From NCBI GenBank assembly GCA_043750125.1, contig JAYVCD010000051.1:1-54165 (forward strand): DNA of 54,165 nucleotides. The letters run 5' to 3'. Within the stretch, counting starts at the first letter, position 1. Every line of letters begins with the position of its first letter. The DNA comes from Archangiaceae bacterium (lineage in GTDB: Bacteria > Myxococcota > Myxococcia > Myxococcales > Myxococcaceae). Of the stretch, positions 9,293 through 19,289 are shown in pieces. The notes under the pieces are model-generated. The model saw only the letters and a program-made list of their open reading frames with translations. It was not told where the DNA came from and made no database searches. The position numbers and the translations under genes were made by a program.

Positions 9293-11314
9293 TCATTCGC
9301 TGCAGGCCGAATTGGCGCTCGGAGCCGGGACGCGGGGAATCCCCTGGGCAAAGCTCTGCAGAAAGCAGCGGTATTCCCGCCGAGCCGCTTCGGTCTGGTA
9401 GACGATTTCGTGGCCGTCCTCGAGGCCGTCTTCGGGGTGTTGGACGACGACGGCGGTGGTCGGCCCGACGATGTTTCCGCTGGCGGGCAGCGCAATTCGG
9501 GCGCGGCCGACGTAGCCGAGCACCTCGGCCAGAGGGGTCTGAAGCGGCAGCCCCGTTTGCGCGACGGCATCGAAGTTGTCTCCGGCGAGATCGAGCCCGA
9601 GGGAAAGGCTCATCGCGTTGGCGATTCTCGGAAGAATGTAGTGATCAACGAGGCCCTGAAACATCAGCACGTGACGGGGTGACTCGCCGGCGACCGGGTC
9701 CTGGACGATGCGCCGCGCGTAGACCTGCGGGTCTGCTGGCTCGGCCGCCCACTGGACCAACGACATCACCGGATCTTCGGCAGTGAGAATTCGCCCCTCC
9801 CCGGAATAGCCAATCAACACCTCGGCCAGGGGCCGCACCTCGAGCGGCTTGATCTTGTAGAGAATGTTTTCGATCCAGCTCGCGCCGGCACCGCTGAGGA
9901 CCGCGGCCCGAAACCGCGGCTCGTTGGCAAGAACCAGCGGCCCAATCGTAGAGCCCATCGAATGCCCCATCAGCGCCATCTTGTTGATGTCGAAAGAGAC
10001 CGTCGCCGAGCCGGATGGGGTCCGCGCGCCGGGGCAGCTCGTCGCATCGAACGACACGCCTTCGAGCACGTGCGCCATCACCACGATTTCGAGCGCCGAC
10101 TGGCGAATGTTGTCACGCAGCGCTCCGGCGTTGAACATGTTGAACATCAGCAATTGCTCGTCCCCGCCCGTGACATTGCGGGGGCCGCCATGGGGGCCGT
10201 CGACCATCACTCCGGCAAAACCCGCCCGGGCAAATTGGAGCGCGGGACCCGAGCCCGGGACGATCGCCGCACCGCCCGCTACTGCGTGTCGTCCGCGGTC
10301 GACCAGCGGGCGATCTCCGCCGCCCCCAGTCCTCAAGAAGACGGTGACGGGCAGCCCCGAAGAGGGAATCGTCGCGCGCGGAACGCTGACCACCACGCGC
10401 GCGGTCTGGGTCTGCTGCACCTGGGGGATCCCCTGTCGGTCGACCACCCAACGGCCTCCGCTGCTGAGGTAGGGCGGCACCCCGGCCTGGTAGACCGGCA
10501 TCGGAATCGTGCTCGAGAACACGCAGAACTCATCGAAGGTGTCGGTGAGAGTGAACGGCCCGGGCACCGGCAGCGGTCGCGACAGGACATCGTCCTTCAC
10601 GCGCTTGAAAGAAGCGGTCGGGTCGTCGGTGGTGAACACCGCCATACCGGCGAGATCCGTCGTGCCGGACCGGGTCAGCTCGAGCAGCGCGATCGAATAC
10701 TCCGCGAACGCCTCTTCCGTCATTCCTTCGGGCCTGATTCCCGCGGCCAGCTTCGCCATTTCCAACGACACCCCCAGGGGCCTGGCCTGCGCGTCGTTCA
10801 GTTTTCGCAACACGACCGCCGCGTAGCGGGTGTTGGGAAGCAACGGCCGGCCCTGCAAGGGAAGCAACGAGAGCAGGTTCGGACCGCCAAACGGACCGCC
10901 GTCCTCGTGAAACGCGACCTCGATCGGAAGGTGAACCCGGAAGTCCCTGGAGGTGGGATCGACCGAGGTCAGAAAGATCGCCGCGTCTTTTTCCACGGTC
11001 CCCTTCAGGTCGGGCAACGACGGCCCGGCCAACGGGCCTGAAAGCTGAAAGAACACGCCGCCGGTCGTCGAGAACCCGTGGGCATCACGCCCGAGCAGCG
11101 TGAGCGCCTGGGCAATCAGCTCGACTTTTTTCGGATTGGGAAACAGCTCGAGCGCGACGGTCCCATCGGCCCGCCTCAAATCGTCGCTGGGAAAAGGCGC
11201 GTCATACAGGCCGGCGCGGGCGAATCTCATCTTGACCTGGGTGCCCGGCACGGCCTCGACCCCGCGGCAGCCGACCGCGAGCAGAGCGCACCAGGCTGCG
11301 AGCACCGTTCTCAT
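9293..11314 (-). CDS. Lipoprotein alpha/beta hydrolase (lipase-like)
   Basis: Lipobox AVGC, PFPSD N-terminal motif, GHSMG nucleophile elbow, C-terminal DGHE. Confidence 0.85.
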   Translation of the reverse strand: MRTVLAAWCALLAVGCRGVEAVPGTQVKMRFARAGLYDAPFPSDDLRRADGTVALELFPNPKKVELIAQALTLLGRDAHGFSTTGGVFFQLSGPLAGPSLPDLKGTVEKDAAIFLTSVDPTSRDFRVHLPIEVAFHEDGGPFGGPNLLSLLPLQGRPLLPNTRYAAVVLRKLNDAQARPLGVSLEMAKLAAGIRPEGMTEEAFAEYSIALLELTRSGTTDLAGMAVFTTDDPTASFKRVKDDVLSRPLPVPGPFTLTDTFDEFCVFSSTIPMPVYQAGVPPYLSSGGRWVVDRQGIPQVQQTQTARVVVSVPRATIPSSGLPVTVFLRTGGGGDRPLVDRGRHAVAGGAAIVPGSGPALQFARAGFAGVMVDGPHGGPRNVTGGDEQLLMFNMFNAGALRDNIRQSALEIVVMAHVLEGVSFDATSCPGARTPSGSATVSFDINKMALMGHSMGSTIGPLVLANEPRFRAAVLSGAGASWIENILYKIKPLEVRPLAEVLIGYSGEGRILTAEDPVMSLVQWAAEPADPQVYARRIVQDPVAGESPRHVLMFQGLVDHYILPRIANAMSLSLGLDLAGDNFDAVAQTGLPLQTPLAEVLGYVGRARIALPASGNIVGPTTAVVVQHPEDGLEDGHEIVYQTEAARREYRCFLQSFAQGIPRVPAPSANSACSE

Positions 11315-11339
11315 CGCGGGTGCACCTTAGCCGAGGCGG

Positions 11340-12518
11340 TCAACCGAGAAAGCTTCGGCCCAGGCCGCGGTAGGTCGCCGCCCGCGACTCGATGCGACCG
11401 TTGCGAAGCAGCAAGTATTCGTTGAAGTGCTCGGCCAGTTCTCCGGCCTTGGCGTGGCGGAAGAAGACCGGGTCGCCCAGTTGCAGCCGGGTGCCTTGTG
11501 GGACCCGCAGCGGGGTCTGCACTTCTCCGGCTCCCTCGAGAGGCAACAACTGCAGTCCCGGGGGCAGCGCAGGCACGGGCAGGCGATCGGGGCCGGAAGA
11601 TCCCGAAGCGAGAAGGCCTCCGCCGTGACAGGTGACCAGGCTTGCGCTCGGGTGGCGCACGACCTGAAGCGCGAAGTACGCCGCCGGCTCGAGCTGAAGA
11701 TCTCGATAGTGGTCGAACAGGTGGCTGGCCAGAAATGCCGAGCCGACGGTGACTTCGGTCAAGGCCGGGTCGCGCGCGGCCCAGCTCAAACTGCCGGAGC
11801 CTCCGCCATTGAAGATCGGAATCGGAATTTTCGCGGCCGCCAGGGTGGCAGCCAACTGCGCGCGTCGCTGTTCAACCTGCGGGCGGGAGAGCAACTTCAG
11901 CATTCGCCGCAACGGGTTGTCGTCGGTCAGGCCCGCGATCTGCGCCTCGTAGGCCTGCAGTCCGTGAAGGCCCAGCGACGGCGAGCCCAGAATTTTGCGA
12001 GCCAGGGCCACCACGTCGGCGTCGGTTCGCAGCGGGCTGCGGCGAACTCCGAGGTGAAGCCAGGGAACAGGGCGGTAGGCCATGTCGATGTCGATCACCA
12101 CCGGGACGATGAGCCCCGCGGCGGCAGCAGCTGCAATCAACGCGTCGATCTGATCCACCGAATCGACCGCGACTGCCGCGAGGCTGCGCTGGTTGGCCCG
12201 CAACAACGACTGCAGGTCCGAGGGCTGCACCGTCGGGTAGGCGAGCAACAAATTGCCAAAGCCTTCGCCGGCGAGGAACTCGGTCTCGGCCGCGCTGTAC
12301 GTCATCACCCCCACCACCGCGGCCCCCCCACGATCGACGAGATGGCGCAGCAGCGCGGGGCACCGAACGGACTTGGATGCAATTCGCATCGGCTTGCCCT
12401 GGGCGGTTGCGACCAGGCGATCGAAGTTTCGATCCATCGCGTCGAGGTCGACCACCGCCGTGGGCAACCGCTCGCCCGCGATGGCGTCTTTCAAGCGCTG
12501 ATAACCGTCGGGGACCAT
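11340..12518 (-). CDS. Fold-type III PLP enzyme (alanine racemase N-domain; amino acid deaminase/aldolase, DSD1-like)
   Basis: RIASKSVRC PLP-Lys motif, GVRRSP, NGGGSGS, EGAGEVQTP, FFRHAKAGE; start set at ATG 12518. Confidence 0.88.
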   Translation of the reverse strand: MVPDGYQRLKDAIAGERLPTAVVDLDAMDRNFDRLVATAQGKPMRIASKSVRCPALLRHLVDRGGAAVVGVMTYSAAETEFLAGEGFGNLLLAYPTVQPSDLQSLLRANQRSLAAVAVDSVDQIDALIAAAAAAGLIVPVVIDIDMAYRPVPWLHLGVRRSPLRTDADVVALARKILGSPSLGLHGLQAYEAQIAGLTDDNPLRRMLKLLSRPQVEQRRAQLAATLAAAKIPIPIFNGGGSGSLSWAARDPALTEVTVGSAFLASHLFDHYRDLQLEPAAYFALQVVRHPSASLVTCHGGGLLASGSSGPDRLPVPALPPGLQLLPLEGAGEVQTPLRVPQGTRLQLGDPVFFRHAKAGELAEHFNEYLLLRNGRIESRAATYRGLGRSFLG

Positions 12519-12600
12519 TCGCCTCGAAAGGTAACAGACGGGGTTGCGCGCGCGGCCCCGGCGAGGTGTTTCGGGGTCCAAGCCGTGGTATCGCAGCTCC

Positions 12601-14649
12601 ATGCCCGCCATCAGCAACCTCAGCCCCGTCGACATCAGAAAGCTTCCGCCGATCGCGGTGAGCACCGAGGGGGAAGTTCGCACTGCCGTCGCCCAGGCAC
12701 GAGCCGCGCAAGCCGGTTGGGCTGCGCTCGGGTTTCCCAAGCGGGCGAAGCTGATGAAGCAGGCCGGGCGAATCATGCTCGAGCGTCGCCAGGAGCTGCT
12801 CGAGCTGCTCCATGACGAGGCCGGCAAGCCACCGGGCGAAGTGTTGATGGGCGAGGCGCTGGGGGCGCTGCAGTTCATCTCGGACTGGATCAAGGTGGCG
12901 CGTCCTTTCCTCAAGCAGAAGAAGGTGCCCATTTCTGCTCTCGCGTTTCCGGGCAAGAGCGCGGTGGTCGAATCGGTGCCGCGGGGCGTGGTGGGGATCA
13001 TCGCTCCCTGGAATTTTCCGCTCGCGAACTTCTTCAAGCCGGTCTTCGCCGCGCTGCTGTGCGGCAACACGGTGGTGCTCAAGCCAAGCGAGTTTGCTCC
13101 TCGCACCGGCGCCTGGTTCGCGCGGGTGATGGGCGAGGTGCTTCCGGCCCACGTGCTCCACTGCGTGCAGGGCGACCGGGGGGTCGGCACCGCGCTGATC
13201 AAAGCCGGAATCGACGCGCTGACGTTCACCGGGTCTTCAGCCTCGGGCCGCATCGTCGCGGCGCTCGCGGGTGAGCTGCTCATTCCCTGCAGCGTCGAGC
13301 TGGGTGGAAAGGACGCGGCGATTGTCCTGAACGATTGCGACCTCGATCGCACCGTCGCCGGGGTGATGCACTGGTCGCTCACCAACGCCGGCCAGGCGTG
13401 CGGAGACATCGAGCGCGTCTACGTCGAAGAGGCGATCGCGGATCGCTTCGTCGAGCAGTTGGCCAATGCCGTGTCACGCCTTCGGGTCGGTTCCGGATCG
13501 CCGCAGAGCTCGGACCTGGGTCCGTTGATGACCCGCCCCCAACTGCAAATCGTCGAAGAGCACGTGGGCGATGCGATTGCCCGCGGCGCGAAGGTGGTCT
13601 GCGGAGGCAAGCGCACCGGCAAGGGGTTGTGGTTCGAGCCCACCGTGATTGATCACTGCGCAGATCCGGAAATGTTGGTGCTCACCGAGCCGACCTTCGG
13701 GCCGGTGATTCCCATCGTTCGGGTCGCCGATGCCGACGAGGCAGTGAAGCTCTCGAACGCCTGCGAGTACGGGCTCAACGCGTCGGTCTGGTCGAAGGAC
13801 CTCGAGCGGGCCGAGCAGATTGCCCGCCGCCTGGAAGTGGGCACCGCGTTCATCAACAACCACGCCTTTACCGGAGCCATCCCCGCGGCGGCGTGGGGGG
13901 GGGTGAAGAAGACCGGCTCGGGCATCGCCAACAGCACGTTCGCGCTGCACCACTACACCCGGCCGCGCACGGTGGTGATCGACAAGAACAGCAAGGCCGA
14001 TGCGTGGTGGTTCCCGATGGACAGTGTCCTCGAGGAGCTGGGCAACCGACTGGCCGAGGCCCAGGTGGGGAACATTCTCGCGGCGGTGAAGGTGCCGCTG
14101 TTGATTGCCAGGCGTCAGCGCACGGTGATGCAGTTCGCGCGCCCGTCGGCGCCGCCGGTGACCCAGCTGCCGCGGGCAACCCAGCCCAGCAGTTCCCGGC
14201 CCTTCGCGGCGCTGCGGGTTCAGGTGCGGTCGGCGCTGGGGAGGCTTGCGGTGCGGGCCCAGCCTCCGCTGTCGAACGCGGAACGAAAGTGGGGCCAGGC
14301 CGCGATGAGCGCGGTGTTCTCGGGGGCGTCGGCCTCTGCGCTTCCTCCGCTGCCGAAACACCAGGCCGAAGATGCGGTGGACGAGGTGTACGACGCCCTC
14401 CCCTTCCCCGCCAACGTCGGTCTGCGCGCGAGCATCTGGACGGTCGGGCTGGCTCCGATGGTGCTTCGCCGAAAATGGCTGACCCTCGACCAGCTCGCGA
14501 CCGATGAGCAGGTGAAGATTCTCTCGGATTTTGCGAAAGGAAATTCCTACATCCTGCGCCAGGTGGCGCTGCTGATTAAGACTACCGGCGCGTTGACCCA
14601 CGTCAGCACGACCCGTTTCCACGCCGCCGTTCCTTCCGTCCGAGGCTAA
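12601..14649 (+). CDS. Aldehyde dehydrogenase with an extra C-terminal domain
   Basis: IAPWNFP, LKPSE, FTGS, ELGGKD, NAGQAC, EPTFGP, YGLNASVW; roughly 200 aa remain after the ALDH fold. Confidence 0.92.
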   Translation: MPAISNLSPVDIRKLPPIAVSTEGEVRTAVAQARAAQAGWAALGFPKRAKLMKQAGRIMLERRQELLELLHDEAGKPPGEVLMGEALGALQFISDWIKVARPFLKQKKVPISALAFPGKSAVVESVPRGVVGIIAPWNFPLANFFKPVFAALLCGNTVVLKPSEFAPRTGAWFARVMGEVLPAHVLHCVQGDRGVGTALIKAGIDALTFTGSSASGRIVAALAGELLIPCSVELGGKDAAIVLNDCDLDRTVAGVMHWSLTNAGQACGDIERVYVEEAIADRFVEQLANAVSRLRVGSGSPQSSDLGPLMTRPQLQIVEEHVGDAIARGAKVVCGGKRTGKGLWFEPTVIDHCADPEMLVLTEPTFGPVIPIVRVADADEAVKLSNACEYGLNASVWSKDLERAEQIARRLEVGTAFINNHAFTGAIPAAAWGGVKKTGSGIANSTFALHHYTRPRTVVIDKNSKADAWWFPMDSVLEELGNRLAEAQVGNILAAVKVPLLIARRQRTVMQFARPSAPPVTQLPRATQPSSSRPFAALRVQVRSALGRLAVRAQPPLSNAERKWGQAAMSAVFSGASASALPPLPKHQAEDAVDEVYDALPFPANVGLRASIWTVGLAPMVLRRKWLTLDQLATDEQVKILSDFAKGNSYILRQVALLIKTTGALTHVSTTRFHAAVPSVRG

Positions 14650-14655
14650 GAATTC

Positions 14656-16230
14656 ATGTCCGCTCAGCGCAAGCTCAGTACGCCCACCTACCCCGACGAC
14701 TGGCAGATGTTGCCCGAAGGCTCGGTCGTCGACGGCTCTCGGGCCACGCACGATGTAACCGACGTTGCCGACTACGTGATCATCGGCTCAGGGGCGGCCG
14801 GAGCGACCGCGGCCTTGTCCCTGGCGAGCAGTGGCTACTCGGTGATCATCCTCGAAGAAGGCCCGTGGATTCGAACCCGGCAATTCGGCGCCGACATGTT
14901 CGGAGCGATGAAGACGATGTTCCGCGAAATGGGCGGGACCATGACGGTCGGGAAGGCGATGTTCCCGGTGATCCAGGGACGGTGCGTGGGAGGCAGCACG
15001 ACCATCAACTCGGCGATCGCCTGGCGCGCTCCAGAGAAGATCGTCGACAGCTGGACGAGCCATTTCGGGCTCGATGGAACCATCACCAACGCCGACCTCG
15101 AGCAGCACTACGTCGAGCTCGAGCGCTCGCTGTCGGTCAAACCGGTAGATGAGGCGGTGCTCGGGGTGCAGAACCAGCTGTTCGCCGAAGCGGCAATGAA
15201 GCTCGGAATTCGTGCCGAGCGGATTCAACGTTACGACGGCGGCTGCGAAGCCAGCGCCAGCTGCATCAGCGGCTGCCGCACGGGAAAGAAGCTGTCGATG
15301 AACGTCACCTACGTGCCGCAATCGCTCCACAAGGGAGCGCGGATGTACACGTCGGCGAAGGCGCTGAAGGTCGAGTCTGAGTACGGCCGGGCGACGGCGG
15401 TGCGGGCGCGACTGCTGGCTCCGGGGGGGCCCCAGCTGAGGGTGATCGCCCGCCGGGGTGTCATCGTCGCGGCGAGCGCAGTGCAGACTCCGGGAATCCT
15501 CGGGCGCAGCGGCGTGAAGTCGAAGGCGCTGGGTAAGCACTTTCAGGTTCACCTCGTCTCGAGCCTCACCGCGGGCTTCCACCAGGTCGTCAACATGGAC
15601 CAGGGCGCGACCCAGGGGTTCAACAGCACCCACTTCGGAGAGAGCGAGCGGTTCAAGACCGAGGTGGTCTCACTTCCGCCCGAGCTGCTCGCGGTCCGGC
15701 TGCCGGGGGTAGGGCCGGAGCTGATGGCCAACCTGCTCGACTACCGCCACGCGCTCAACTGGGGAGTGGTGGTCCGGGCCGAATCGGAAGGCAAGATCCA
15801 CTCGATCCTGGGAACGGACGTCATTGCCTACAGCCCCAGCCCCACCGACATGGCGCGCATTCGCCGCGGCCTGCGGGTGCTGAGCGAGATGATGTTCGCC
15901 TCGGGCGCCAAAGAGATCTGGCCCTCGGTTCAGGGGATGCCGACGATGAAGTCCGCGGACGATCTGAAGGCCTGGGACTCGGCGTCGCTGGACCCCAAGG
16001 ACTACGGGCTGATGGCATCTCACCTGTTTGGATCCGCACGCATGGGGCCAGACCCGTCCACCAGCGTGGTGGGTCTGGACTTCCAGGTGCATGGGCTGCG
16101 CGGCCTTTACGTGCTCGACAGCAGCCTCTTTCCGACCAACCTCGGGATCAACCCGCAACACACCATCATGGCCGTCGCCCGCCTGGCTTCCACCCGCATC
16201 GCCGAGCTGCCGCTGCCTTCCCGCGGCTGA
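14656..16230 (+). CDS. GMC family oxidoreductase
   Basis: IIGSGAAG, GRCVGGSTTINS, SHLFGSARMG, DSSLFPTNLGINPQHTIMA. Confidence 0.93.
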   Translation: MSAQRKLSTPTYPDDWQMLPEGSVVDGSRATHDVTDVADYVIIGSGAAGATAALSLASSGYSVIILEEGPWIRTRQFGADMFGAMKTMFREMGGTMTVGKAMFPVIQGRCVGGSTTINSAIAWRAPEKIVDSWTSHFGLDGTITNADLEQHYVELERSLSVKPVDEAVLGVQNQLFAEAAMKLGIRAERIQRYDGGCEASASCISGCRTGKKLSMNVTYVPQSLHKGARMYTSAKALKVESEYGRATAVRARLLAPGGPQLRVIARRGVIVAASAVQTPGILGRSGVKSKALGKHFQVHLVSSLTAGFHQVVNMDQGATQGFNSTHFGESERFKTEVVSLPPELLAVRLPGVGPELMANLLDYRHALNWGVVVRAESEGKIHSILGTDVIAYSPSPTDMARIRRGLRVLSEMMFASGAKEIWPSVQGMPTMKSADDLKAWDSASLDPKDYGLMASHLFGSARMGPDPSTSVVGLDFQVHGLRGLYVLDSSLFPTNLGINPQHTIMAVARLASTRIAELPLPSRG

Positions 16231-16398
16231 AGCTCGGCCCTGATCCCGAAAACGTCGGATCTGAAGTCTGAAGTGTGAGCTTGTCCCTCCCGCCACATCA
16301 GGGTGTGGTTGGACGGACAAACCCGTCGAAGCGCATTGCGAGCCGGGCGAAGGTCCGCAACTGCCCCAGATAAATCCAGGGCTGCGGCGCGCCAGCAA

Positions 16399-18270
16399 TC
16401 ACATCGAAATCTGACCGTCGATGACGCGGCCGGTGTGAATCTTATCGGCGGCGCGTGAGGCGGCCAGCGCTTCGGCGACCTCGGGGCGCTTGACGATGAC
16501 TACGTCGTTGAGGACCAGCATGTCGATTTGGGTATTGAGGAAGCAGCGCACGGCGTCGGCCGGAGTGTTGACGATCGGCTCACCCTTGACGTTGAAGCTG
16601 GTGTTCATCAGCACGGGAACGCCGGTACGTTTGTGAAACGCGGTGAGCAGCTTGTGGAACTTCGGGTTCTGGTCCGCGGTGACGGTCTGAACGCGCGCGC
16701 TGCCGTCGACGTGGGTGACGGCGGGGATCTTCCCCTTCTTGTCCGCCTTCACCTGCATCACGAACAGCATGTACGGGCTGTCGGGCAGGCCGGTCATGTC
16801 GAACCACTTGTCGGCCTCTTCGGCCAGACAGGCGGGAGCGAACGGGCGGAAACCCTCGCGCAGCTTCACCGCGTGGTTGACCACGTCCTTCATGTCGTCT
16901 CGCCGGGCGTCTGCGAGAATGCTGCGGTTCCCGAGGGCGCGAGGGCCCCATTCCATACGGTCCTGGTACCAGCCGATCACTTTTCCAGCCGCGAGCGCGG
17001 CCGAGACCTCTTCGTAGAGATCTTTGGGCTGGGTGTGTTTGATCTTCGCGTCGAATTCCACCAACGCGCTTTGAACCGCGGTTTCCGGGTGGCCCGGCCC
17101 GAGGTAGACCTGAGGGCTCTTGTTCACCGTCCGCGGCTGCTTGAGCAGGTTGTGGTACCCGTACAACGCGGCGCCGACCGACGTTCCGGAATCGTGCGCG
17201 GCGGGGTGGATCCAGATCTGATCGAACAGGCCGCTGCGAGCGATCTTCCCGTTCATGCTGCAGTTGAGTGACACCCCGCCGGCCATGCACAGGTGCCGTT
17301 CCCCGGTCTCTTTGCGCAGCTGGGTCAGCAGGTGCAGCACGGTGTCTTCGAGCGCCTCTTGCAGCGACGAGGCGATGTCCATGTGCCGCTGGGTCACCGG
17401 CTCGTCTTTCTTGCGCGCCGGCCCCAGGCCCTTGGTCATGCTGGGCGGATACATCGCCTGGTTCTCGCGACCGAACAGGCCGTCGCGGGCCATCAGGTAG
17501 GTGATCAGCCCGGGGCTGACCGAGAAGCTGCCGTCGGGCTTCTTGTGAATGATGCTGCGAAAGTACTCGCGGTACGGAGCCGGGTTTCCATACGGCGCCA
17601 GCCCCATCACCTTGTACTCATCGTGCTTGTCGAAGCCGAGAAACAGGGTGGTGAACGCGTAGAGGTAGCCCAGGCTGTTGGGCGCGTAGGTCTGGCGGAG
17701 GATCTTGATGTCGGTGCCGTTGGCGACGGCCATCATTCCCGAGACGCTCTCGCCTTCCGCATCGAGGGTGACGCACAGGGCGCGCTCGAAGGGCGAGTCG
17801 TAGAAGGTGCTCGAGACGTGGCACATGTGGTGGTTGACGGCCTTGAACTTGCCCTCGCCCAGCCGCATGCCCATGTTCCGCTCGAAGGCGCGGCGGCTGC
17901 GATCGTTGTCGTAGCCTGCGACGCGATTGAAGAGCTTCATCGCGGTGTTGGGAATCCAAAGCGCGGGACGGGCGAGCAGGTTCATCGCCGAGCTGTTGTC
18001 GCTGTACTTCCCCGAGTGAAACATCTGGGGGTACGAGAAATAGTACGAGACGAGGTCGAGCTCGGAAACGTCCTTCAGCCCGGCCTCTTTGAGACAGAAC
18101 TCGATCGCGGCGCGCGGAAATTTTGCGCTGTGCTTCTCGCGGGTGAACCGCTCTTCCTCGCAGGCGGCGACCACCCGCCCGTCAACGACGATTGCGGCGG
18201 CGGCATCGTGGCCCGTGTCGAACTTCGCCGGATAGCCATCGAGGCCACCGTTGTATCCAAGTACCTTCAT
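16399..18270 (-). CDS. Carbamoyltransferase, NodU/CmcH/TobZ family
   Basis: HDAAAA...EEERFTREKH, HHMCH, EYKVMGLAPYG, GPRALGNRSILAD, KLREGFRPFAP, HVDGSARVQTV, NTSFNVKGEPIV. Confidence 0.95.
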   Translation of the reverse strand: MKVLGYNGGLDGYPAKFDTGHDAAAAIVVDGRVVAACEEERFTREKHSAKFPRAAIEFCLKEAGLKDVSELDLVSYYFSYPQMFHSGKYSDNSSAMNLLARPALWIPNTAMKLFNRVAGYDNDRSRRAFERNMGMRLGEGKFKAVNHHMCHVSSTFYDSPFERALCVTLDAEGESVSGMMAVANGTDIKILRQTYAPNSLGYLYAFTTLFLGFDKHDEYKVMGLAPYGNPAPYREYFRSIIHKKPDGSFSVSPGLITYLMARDGLFGRENQAMYPPSMTKGLGPARKKDEPVTQRHMDIASSLQEALEDTVLHLLTQLRKETGERHLCMAGGVSLNCSMNGKIARSGLFDQIWIHPAAHDSGTSVGAALYGYHNLLKQPRTVNKSPQVYLGPGHPETAVQSALVEFDAKIKHTQPKDLYEEVSAALAAGKVIGWYQDRMEWGPRALGNRSILADARRDDMKDVVNHAVKLREGFRPFAPACLAEEADKWFDMTGLPDSPYMLFVMQVKADKKGKIPAVTHVDGSARVQTVTADQNPKFHKLLTAFHKRTGVPVLMNTSFNVKGEPIVNTPADAVRCFLNTQIDMLVLNDVVIVKRPEVAEALAASRAADKIHTGRVIDGQISM

Positions 18271-18411
18271 GGGGCGTGCGAAGAACCCAAATCCGCACAA
18301 GGGTCAAGGGGGGCCCGGCGATCGCCGCAAAATCGTCGGTCGCCCAAGTTGACCCCACGCCCGAAGGTCGAATACGTCCCACCGCCTTGCCCAAAGGGGA
18401 GCCGCGCCACG

Positions 18412-19281
18412 ATGTATTACAAAGTGAAATACAACGAGATCTCCGTCAACTACCTGCCCGAGCTGGACGGCGGGGGGATGACGTTCGGACAGCAGTACCT
18501 GAGCGTCATTCGCGAGAAGATCGGCCGGGTGGGCCACGTGTTCGAGTACTGCGCGGGGCCTGGGTTCATCGGCTTCTCGCTGCTCGCCCACGGACTCTGC
18601 GACCGCCTCACCCTCGCGGACATCAACCCGGCGGCGGTGAAGGCCGTGCAGGCGACCATTCTCGAAAATGGCCTTCAAGATCGGGTCACCGTCTACCAAT
18701 CGGACTGCCTCGACCACATCCCCGCCACTGAGCGCTGGGATCTGGTGGTGAGCAACCCTCCCCACTGGGACGGCACGGAAGAGAGCTACCGCGAAGCGAT
18801 TCGACTCGTGGATCCAGGCTGGGTCATTCACAAACGCTTCTACCGGGACATTCCGAAGTTCTTGAACCCCGATGCTTCGATTCTCTTTCAGGAAAGCTCG
18901 CACGCGACGAAGCGCGATGACTTCGAGCCGATGATCAAAGACAACGGCCTGACTCTGGTCGAGGTGTTCGAAGCCAGCGAGGCCGAGCGAAGGGTTGCAT
19001 TCACCGCTCCGAAGTGGCTCGCGCGCCTGACCCGGGCAGTCGCCCACCGCACGATGCTGCCGATCGAGAAGTTGCTGATGGTGCCCGGCGTCGAGAAGCT
19101 GCTGAAGGACAACAACCTGTACCGGACCATCAGCGCGCTGCCGGGCCTGGCGCCGACTCAGTTCTATTTCATGTGGAGTCGCGCCCAACCGGTCGAGATG
19201 AAGACGACGAGCGCAGCTGCGGCCCCGTTCCTTCGTCCGCCCGTCGAAGCGGCCCGCGTTCCTCCGGCCGAGCTGAACTGA
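18412..19281 (+). CDS. Class I SAM-dependent methyltransferase (NPPx type)
   Basis: FEYCAGPGFIG motif I, LADIN, DLVVSNPPHW; ATG at 18412. Confidence 0.85.
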   Translation: MYYKVKYNEISVNYLPELDGGGMTFGQQYLSVIREKIGRVGHVFEYCAGPGFIGFSLLAHGLCDRLTLADINPAAVKAVQATILENGLQDRVTVYQSDCLDHIPATERWDLVVSNPPHWDGTEESYREAIRLVDPGWVIHKRFYRDIPKFLNPDASILFQESSHATKRDDFEPMIKDNGLTLVEVFEASEAERRVAFTAPKWLARLTRAVAHRTMLPIEKLLMVPGVEKLLKDNNLYRTISALPGLAPTQFYFMWSRAQPVEMKTTSAAAAPFLRPPVEAARVPPAELN

Positions 19282-19289
19282 CCTTAAGC

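Noticed and set aside
11340-13409. Long N-terminal extensions in the ORF track (also 17293, 31355, 36658 and 4954 starts)
   Set aside because: They overlap other real genes; downstream starts match the family N-termini.
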